NCBI GenBank assembly: GCA_051294375.1 | Contig: JBJCIZ010001451.1 | Span: 1-17,882, forward strand | Direction of reading: 5' to 3' | DNA: 17,882 nt | From: Paraspadella gotoi | Taxonomy: Eukaryota; Animalia; Chaetognatha | Part shown: one piece after another, positions 10,661 through 17,882 of the stretch | Layout of the letters: every line of letters begins with the position of its first letter | Position numbering within the stretch: position 1 is the stretch's first letter | The notes under the pieces: model-generated | Told to the model about the DNA's origin: nothing | Database searches by the model: none | The model's input: the letters and a program-made list of their open reading frames with translations, nothing else | Made by a program: the position numbers and the translations under genes

Positions 10661-11060
10661 ATTAGAAGAGGAAAGTAGAGGGTTATAGTCAGAGTTTGTA
10701 TGGTTGAGGATTGATTTAAATTAATAGATTTTCATTCATTGATTGTTGATTGATTATAGATTAGACTTGATGATTGATTAATTGAAAAGTCTCACCTATC
10801 TTCCTCACTGTATCTCGTGATACCTTGTTGGTCACGTTGGCATGACCGAAGCTCTTCCTCAGAACTCCCACGCATCTCTCTGACTCTCTCCGCGTAGATA
10901 TCCTCGCTCTCATAGATTGAGGTCTTGGATGGACTGGGCGAGCGAGTGGTCGCAGCACACATGCGTCGCGCAATACGGGAGTAGATGGACGGAGCTGAGG
11001 GGAGGGAGGGACTGTGCGAGGTGGTTCCGGTGTGCATCGGCTCATTCTAAGTAGCATGTC
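8710..11060 (-). CDS. Putative multi-exon gene for an acidic tandem-repeat protein (frameshifted in this sequence; could be a pseudogene)
   Basis: Minus-strand intron 10795-10584 (AG|GTGAG...(CT)n CCCCAG). A large exon ~10583-8980 contains the 29-aa repeat. Short introns follow at 8979-8939 (GTCGTA..TTTCCAG) and 8863-8830 (GTGACG..TTTTCAG), with a donor GTAAAT at 8709. The 75-nt exon 8938-8864 reads EKSNIEPIYIRAGHYRLNQRQRAIF. The frame cannot be followed continuously. Confidence 0.5.
9040..10443. repeat. Tandem repeat, ~15 copies, consensus unit ~87 bp (observed spacing ~88-108 because of insertions)
   Basis: The AAAAGGCATC-type anchor recurs near 9084, 9183, 9276, 9378, 9477, 9577, 9668, 9757, 9854, 9952, 10045, 10147, 10235, 10327 and 10435. 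By-eye consensus: aaaaggcatcatctctctctccttctctctcacctggatataaagctccctctatcacttccccgtccatcgcctcatcattatcat. Confidence 0.95.
10586..10661. repeat. (GA)n microsatellite; the polypyrimidine tract of the minus-strand intron
   Basis: Imperfect GA run directly abutting the minus-strand CAG acceptor at 10584-10586. Confidence 0.9.
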
Positions 11061-11612
11061 GAACGGTGAAAGGAATATCTAAGGATATTTAGAGAGAATG
11101 GCGGCTGAGGGAAGAGGAGCGCAGTATTGGCGTCTGGTTATAACGTCCTGCTGAAGTGAATAAGAATGATGTCGATCTAAACGATGAAAGTTAGGTCGCC
11201 TCCGAGGAATTCAATTAGAGAATGGCAAGAAACTAGTTTTCTCTTAAATCGCTCAATTTATAAAATTGATTAATTGAAATTATCAGTGATAGATCTATGC
11301 ATAAAAGCTTCTCTCGACTTTAGGACGGGGTGAAAAGTAAATACTTCGAGGCCACGCACGTGCGATGTTATTCGTGTTCTTTGCTTTCGTTTGGGTTAAT
11401 CGCCGCCCTCTTTGATCAAGAAGTGAAAAATGTCCATCTCATCCACAAGAGACATCTCCATATTATTCTTTCCTCTTCCAGATTTTTTTCAACAAAATTA
11501 GATAGGAAAAAATTAAAATTGTAGAATAAAAACAAATCAATTTGTGTCAAGAATTCACATAAATAACACAAGTTAAGAGAAGACCGTTTTTACGGAGAAA
11601 AAATTTTTTTCT

Positions 11613-11648
11613 AACATTTTAACATTTTAACAATTTTAGACATTTAAA
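11613..11648. repeat. (AACATTTT) x ~4 imperfect tandem repeat
   Basis: aacattttaacattttaacaattttagacatttaaa. Confidence 0.7.
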
Positions 11649-11790
11649 AAATCGATGTGTTTTTCATTAATTTTAAGCATCAAGGTGGTAATGTTTAAAA
11701 GGGGTGGGGTTATTCTTCCTCAGGATGGCTTAACTTTTAAATAAGTATATAAATTTCCAAAATCTCGGGGAAAAAACTCATTGAGTGGAA

Positions 11791-11851
11791 ACGACGACGC
11801 GACGACCGACACGACCGACGACGACGACGACGACGCGACAGACGACGACGA
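11791..11851. repeat. Imperfect (ACG)n microsatellite
   Basis: acgacgacgcgacgaccgacacgaccgacgacgacgacgacgac... Confidence 0.9.
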
Positions 11852-12029
11852 GGTATTTATTTTAAAGTTCGAGAAAGAAATTAAATTAATATAAAAAATA
11901 ATTAAGGCGGGTCGAGTTTCGACGTAAAAAAACTATTTTATTCATCGTTAAGAGAAAATTTTTTTCGGAAATTGTGATAAAGTGATTTTTAGCAAAAAGT
12001 TAAAGAGCTTGAAAAGGAAGCCGATATCA

Positions 12030-12075
<46 letters not shown>

Positions 12076-12093
12076 AGAGGAGAGAGAGAGAGA
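12030..12093. repeat. (GA)n microsatellite
   Basis: Imperfect GA run of ~64 nt. Confidence 0.9.
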
Positions 12094-12300
12094 AGCAGAG
12101 CATGGTATAAGTTAGCAACAGGTGACATGAGTGGAAATCGGAATGAACATGGGTTGATGAATAGATGAATACATAATGAGATTTCCGACTCTTCTTTCTC
12201 TTCATTTCCATCTTAATGCCTTACATATAATTTCACCATAATCTTCACTGCAACTCAAATCCCTTAAATCCTGAAACTTGTAGATAATCCATCGCTCTAT

Positions 12301-12413
12301 ATAGAGGCTTCCCCCTGGGACGATAGACAGGGGCTGCTGCCGTTGAGTGCACATATAGAAGGGCTGTCCCTAAGGGTGATAAAAGCGCTGCCCCCTGGGG
12401 CGCATAAAAGGGA
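12301..12413. repeat. Degenerate ~24-nt GC-rich minisatellite, ~4.5 copies
   Basis: atagaggcttccccctgggacg / atagacaggggctgctgccg.. / atagaagggctgtccctaagggtg / ataaaagcgctgccccctggggcgc / ataaaaggg. Confidence 0.6.
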
Positions 12414-12965
12414 GCGTAGGAGAGAAAAGTTATTTTTTAATTATTAGGGTACTCTTAATATAACATTACTAAAAAAAGTAAAAAAAATTTAAAGATAAAA
12501 AAATAAAGAAATAAAAAAAAAGAATAATAGAGATACAAAGAAAGAGAGAGAGAAGAAAAAAGTAAGAGAAAAAAGAGAGTAAAAAAATATTCAGACAAGA
12601 ATTATCTGGAAAAAGCTTATTTTTGTTTTAAAAAAAAATAGGTCCAAGGCCGGTAAATATTTTATTACTATACCTAGGCGGTTCCCTCCGGAAGGCATTT
12701 TTATAGCCTCCAAGGGAATCCTGCAACAGCGCGCCTGCGCCTTTAAATGTCCAAAACGAAAATTATCCCCTCTGGGAGGGCGATACCTGAAGATAATATT
12801 CAGGTTTTTGCCACCCTCAAAGGTATGACCCCCGCACAGCGTCTCCCTTCACCATCCCACAGGTGGAAATGCTTTTATTCTGAACGGTCATAACTGTGCT
12901 AAAACTCTAATCATTAAACCAACATACTTATTTGGAATTTAAGATAACTCTATCACATCCTATCC

Positions 12966-13033
12966 TGTCTGACTCCGCATCCCTTATTTGTCTACTCACC
13001 ATCTCTCTGATTTGTCTACTCACATCCCTGTCT
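12966..13033. repeat. ~23-nt tandem repeat x3 carrying duplicated minus-strand GTGAGT donor motifs
   Basis: tgtctgactccgcatcccttatt / tgtctactcaccatctctctgatt / tgtctactcacatccc. Confidence 0.65.
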
Positions 13034-16000
13034 GCAATGCCCAAGACGCACATTTCTGATGCTCCGTTCCAGAACTGTTTGTTCCGTAATTGCTAAGAAG
13101 TCGACAATGTTGGTGACGCGTGACAGCAAGGGTCACCGCTCCTAGAGATTTCCTACCAGCGCCGGATCTTGAAGGCTTCGAGGTTTCCCTCGGGCTTCTG
13201 CGGAGGTAGGGTCGGCAGCCGAGCGTGTGGCGCGGCTTTGATTCACTGTCGGAGAAGTGGGAAGGATTGCGGAGATTGAAGTCAGAAATTTAACCGGAGT
13301 TGGTGAAGAATTTAGCAACTCTTGTAGATCTTTGTTAATTGCATGAAATTGGTACAGTACAAATTAAATTCATTTTGTTCTTATTGGAATAAAGCTATTT
13401 TGGATCTGACTATTAAAAAACATCTTGTTTTATCACGTAAAAATAGAAATGGAGATTTAAAATGATTTTTAAACTTTCATTTGTCTTTTTTAAGCCTGCA
13501 TTTTTTTTTTTACTAAATTTTCTGTCTTTTTTTTTATTACGTTTTCCCAATACAAATTATTCTTTTTTTTTTTAAATTTTCAAGCCATATTCCAATAAAG
13601 TTTTTAATAGCCAATTTTCCACAGAGGCACACCTCCCAAATCACCCTGCGGATAAGCGCACTGAAGCATGCCCCAATGCTCCGCCAACTCCAGTCCGTCT
13701 TCTGCATCTGTCGAAGTCGATTTCACAAGCGCCGCCACCTGTTTGCCGATGCAAATTGTACAAAAATTTAAAAATTTAAAATCCCAACAGTTAAATCCTC
13801 ACGCAAACCCACCTGGATGAATCTCTCGGCGTGGACCTCCGAAGGCCTCAGCGTCTCTCTGCAACGCTGGGAACGTCGCCGCCCAGCGCCGACGCCGACC
13901 AGCGCCTCAAAGGACCGTGGGATCGACGAGAAAACGTCACGAGACGTGATCGGACGACGGCTTTGAATGTGCTTGTCGGAGATCTTGCGTCTTTCGTCAC
14001 TCACTGTGTCCGCCGCTTCGACCGGCGATTCCTTGAGAGGAAGCAAAGGGGAGAGAAAGGGGAGATTAACTCTCTCCTCTCTACTTCGCTCTCTCTCTCT
14101 CTGCATCGTTGTGGCTGGTACCTGTGGTCTCTCTCAGTCTTATTGACGTGCGTCACCTGTTCTCTCTCTCTCTCTTCTTCTCTCTTCTTCGATCCTCCGG
14201 GGTCCCGTCTCTCTCATTCTCTTCCTCTCTCTCTCCTCTCTCGGCATTTCCACGTCTCTCAGTCTCTTTTACTCACTCTCTCTCTCTTCTTCTCTCTCTC
14301 TTCTTATAACCGCTCTGTATCTCTCCCGCTCCACTATCTCTCTCTCCGGCTCGCCGTCCTTCCGACCTCTGGTGCTCTTCGGATCCTCCGCGTCATGTCT
14401 TCCCCTCACTTCGTACGTCTCGACTCCTCTCTTTTCAACCGCTGTCCTCATCTCCCACTCCGCTCTACGCCCTCTCTTTCCATATTGCAAATCTCGCCCA
14501 TTAAATCACAATGTGTGTCATTCATTTTTCTCTTTATTTCTTTTCACGCCACGATGTAGGTTAGATTTAATAATCAAATTTATTCATTATGTAGATTTAA
14601 GTTAATGTCAAAAGAATCGATCTTCGAAATCCGCGAATCGGATTTTTTAACTTTTTTTTCACTTTTTGAAACCCTTTTAACACTTCTTTCTTCTTTTCTA
14701 TTTCGTCTTTTACTTTTCTTCTTCTTACATTACGTTCTCATATTTTCTTTTCCTCTTCCTCTTCTTCTTCGTTTCGCCTCGCTCTTTCCCTATCCCTCCG
14801 CCCCCACTTCGAACCGGTTGACTCGATGAGCGCTGTCCATGTACCGGACAGAAGGTCTTGCACGCCTGTTGACAAGCAATTGCAGGAGATAACGATCTTC
14901 CTCCTTTCGGTCGGTCCCGGATGATAGAGAGAATCGGCGATCACGCTGAACGCGCTTGACGATGCTGTTCCAAGCTGGTTCTGCTAGAAGGGGACGGACT
15001 GCATCTGATGAGAAGAGGAGAGAGAACGAGAAGAGAGAGAGAGAGAAGAGAGAGAGAGAGTAGAGAGAGAAGAGAGAGAGAGAGAGAGGAGAGAGGGAGG
15101 GAGCAGACATGTAATTATCCGTAAATTATGCATGTAATTAATCAGGTAGAAAAGTGAAAAAACGCTCACATTTCAAGACCACTTTTTTCACTACCCCGTC
15201 CCTTGCCCTCTCCTCATATCCTTGCCGATCCGTAGTAAAACACAGCGCCGGTTCCATGATGAGGTTCTTCACTACAGAGCCGCCAGGCCGCCGCAGGTGC
15301 AACCGCGCGCTCATCAACTGGAGCCTTCAAGGAATGGGTCGTCGCGTCATGACCTTTATCTCCATCCGTCACGCCAGTTGCTGCTCATAAGTCCTGTGGA
15401 AAGATACAGAGTGGTAATTCACTCTCTCTCTCTCAGTGCACTCTCTCCACTCTCTCTCCTATCTCCTTCGTCCTCCCGTCAACCATAATCTAGCTCGGCC
15501 ACATCCTGGTTGGGTTCTCCCATAACAGGTGGATATTCCTCTCTCTCACTCTCACCTCCACTCTCCTCTCTCTCGACCCTTCTCTTCCTCTTTCTCCTTC
15601 CCTCCTCATCTTACGACAGATCAAACGACAATCAAAGTTCTCGCGGAGACATCCTGGTTGTTGCGGATCTCTTTCCTCAACAGAGATGACCATCACGATC
15701 TCGCCACACTCTGCCTCTCTCCCCGTCTCTTCTCTCCCCCTCTGCCAGCACAATGCGTCACGGAGTTTCTCTCGTTAATTAGGCGTCAGCCACCTCTAGT
15801 TAACGACAATATACGAGGATCGGTTGTGCGGATCTTCCTATCCCCCCCGTCAAGTCCCTCGCCTACACCGTTCGATTCCGGAACGCGCGAGAGCCCCGGG
15901 TGGTATGCGTCGTGCCGAAACGCTCTTTAAGTGGCGATGAGGCGGGAGGATGAATCTGATAGGAGGGAAAGGCTTGGGCATTGATTGGGTTGATCTTGGA

Positions 16001-16391
16001 TCGATTTGGATCGATTAATTGATTTTTGAAACTAACATTTAATTGATGATTGATTGGTTTAAATTCATTGAATGATTTCCAATGATATGATTATAATTGG
16101 CCTACACTACTCGCTTGTTGATGTGATATCTAATGTTAAAAGGATGATCACATTCTCTACCAATTCGAAATAGATCTCTTGATTGGATAGAATGCATATA
16201 TCGTTTGATGTGAATGCATTCGAGTCGACAATCGATGCTTTAATCAAGGCACGGCAGGAGTTGCAATTTCGTGCCGGCTTCTGCGACGTCCTCAGTGAGA
16301 TCCAGTTTCGGATTGAAGGATGAGGATTTCGTCTCAACAGATTCCGCAACGTCGAGCAATGTCGGCGAGGATCAAGAGTCCGAGTTCACGG
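13024..16391 (-). pseudogene. Chain of minus-strand exon-like segments of unknown product (one or more genes, frameshifted by decay or read error)
   Basis: An in-phase open exon pair: 14031-13813 (ESPVEAADTVSDERRK...HAERFIQ, 73 codons), 74-nt intron GTGGGT..AAACAG, then 13738-13645 (VAALVKSTSTDAEDGLELAEHWGMLQCAYPQ). Further acceptors preceded by pyrimidine tracts occur near 15005, 15394 and 16392. There is a protein-like stretch FHAINKDLQELLNSSPTPVKFLTSISAILP near 13350-13260. No family recognised. Confidence 0.4.
15010..15103. repeat. (GA)n-rich tract; minus-strand polypyrimidine tract
   Basis: GA run next to the minus-strand CATCAG acceptor at ~15005. Confidence 0.85.
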
Positions 16392-16433
16392 CTGAGAGGA
16401 AATACAAGGAGAGAAAAGTTTTCTCGCGGTACG

Positions 16434-16505
16434 GTCGTTTGTCGTTTTGTCGTTTTGTCGTTTTGTCGTTTTGTCGTTTTGTCGTTTTGGTCGTTTGTCG
16501 TTTGT
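16434..16505. repeat. (GTCGTTTT)n octamer tandem repeat
   Basis: Six perfect units at 16441-16488 plus degenerate flanking units. Confidence 0.95.
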
Positions 16506-16590
16506 GCGGGTGAATGCTAATACGAAAGAAAAGTAATTTAGCAAATTATGGCGAAGGACGCACGAGTCACGATAAGCGCTAATCCACCAA

Positions 16591-16626
16591 ATTAGATTAG
16601 ATTATGTAGTCTAGATTAGATTAGAT
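16591..16626. repeat. Imperfect (ATTAG)n pentamer repeat
   Basis: attagattagattatgtagtctagattagattagat. Confidence 0.75.
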
Positions 16627-17737
16627 AATCATCGCCCAAATAGAGACATTGACTCTATCTTTTTGCGTAAGAGGAAACGAGACAGAAAGGGAAATTGGCT
16701 CATGTTATTTAAAAAAGAAATCAGTTGACTTATTGATTGGAGATCGACGTTCTAATCGAACTTGGACTCAACGCCAATGTAAATGTAATCGAATTCGCAG
16801 TGGGTATATATATAATATATATATCCTAAAAGGATTTTTGGATGATCAAACTGAGCCAAACCAAAAAGAAATAATTGATGTTAATCTACACGAGACGGAC
16901 GACGACGATAATTTAGAATGTGATGGATAGCCAAAAGATCTAAAGTCGTTCACAAGGGCAATCAATCACACTACAGAATCAGATTGTCTTTCTCTACATG
17001 AAGAATAGAAACAAAATATGGCCAATAATTTTATCAGATTTGAAAGAAATTTCCATTTCTTATTAATTTCTAATTTCCGCTGTTCGACAGATTCTGACCG
17101 GCTCCCATTGGAGTCCAGTACCGGCGGTAGTCTGTTATATTTTTTTTTTCAAAGGCAAACCGTAGAAATAATCAAAGAAACAGATTTTAAACTCCTTGTT
17201 TGTTTATTACTCTGATCGATTCTACAGGTTGTGTCAAGGGAGACGAATAGAATATTTCCATTCCACACTATTAACAATTTGTTTATATTTTAAACTGTAT
17301 TTGCGGAGTTCTAATTTCACAAACAGAAGTTTTGTTGTTGCACAGTACGAGCGAACTGAGGTATAGAAAAATTGAGATACGGGAATGAAAAAGCGTTTTG
17401 GGAAAACCTATCTAACTCCCAGTGTGCAGTTGTGTTACCACACATCTTCAAAAACCGTTCTTTTGGAAAATTTCTTGCGGTATCCGCCAGAAGGCTGCGT
17501 AATCATAGACTTTTTTTTCTTCTTCGTGGGTCTTTTTGCGTTGGAAGAAAGTGAAACTAATTTTGTTTAAAAATTCAGGTTCATTCCGGGAATAGAAACG
17601 TAGGAAGGAAAATGATTTGCCTCGCGGCCGATGCAGCGTTGCTCTCTCCTTCTGTTTTTCTGCCTGGCTTGCCTGAGGAGCAGCAGCCAACGCCCATTGA
17701 TGCCGAGGAAGAAAAAGAAGTCGAAGGTACATTGATT

Positions 17738-17769
17738 CTCTCTCTCTCTCGTCTCTCTCTCTCTCTCTC
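17738..17769. repeat. (CT)n microsatellite, possibly inside a short plus-strand intron
   Basis: AAG|GTACAT at ~17728 followed by (CT)n CAAG at ~17772. Confidence 0.75.
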
Positions 17770-17882
17770 AAGTTCTCCATATTACTATTTCAACTTAGTC
17801 ATTAATCCCTCAGCCCTGCTGGTTGTATTACTCAACACGGTCACCGTCAAAAACAAGAATGTGTCGGCAAAACTAAGCTAGT

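Noticed and set aside
13831-14559. 242 aa plus-strand S/L-rich ORF
   Set aside because: It is a product of CT low-complexity DNA that lacks stop codons, and splice signals point to the minus strand.
11791-16505. Oppositely oriented CGAC-rich repeats as the ends of a large cargo-carrying element
   Set aside because: Unit sequences differ (ACG vs GTCGTTTT), and no TIR or TSD was found outside them.
16434-16505. Telomeric repeat
   Set aside because: Short, interstitial and not a telomere motif I recognise.
16830-17882. Plus-strand multi-exon gene (DDQTEPNQKEII...; PEEQQPTPIDAEEEKEVE)
   Set aside because: Some splice-like signals exist, but in-frame stops and phase conflicts prevent a model.

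Overview
Eukaryotic, AT-rich, repeat-rich genomic DNA. It is probably from an invertebrate such as a nematode, inferred from TTTTCAG/TTTCCAG acceptors and 34-75 nt introns. The best-supported feature is an apparently intact ~3.7 kb cut-and-paste DNA transposon (3323-7002) of the hAT superfamily, hATm-like branch. It has bipartite imperfect terminal inverted repeats and a 4-exon, ~760 aa DDE transposase that the ORF track splits into pieces. The most unexpected feature is a 1.4 kb 'satellite' (~9040-10443, ~15 copies). Its 87-bp consensus reads on the minus strand as a stop-free acidic 29-aa repeat (YDNDEAMDGEVIEGALYPGEREGERDDAF) and sits between splice sites of a minus-strand gene. The rest of the window holds a probable decayed tRNA-derived SINE head, frameshifted multi-exon gene fragments of unknown function (13.0-16.4 kb, minus strand) and many micro/minisatellites. 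The array at 9.0-10.4 kb shows insertion-dominated noise typical of unpolished long reads, and neighbouring exons are frameshifted, so gene models outside the transposon are tentative. No rRNA, intact tRNA, CRISPR array or prokaryotic operon was seen.
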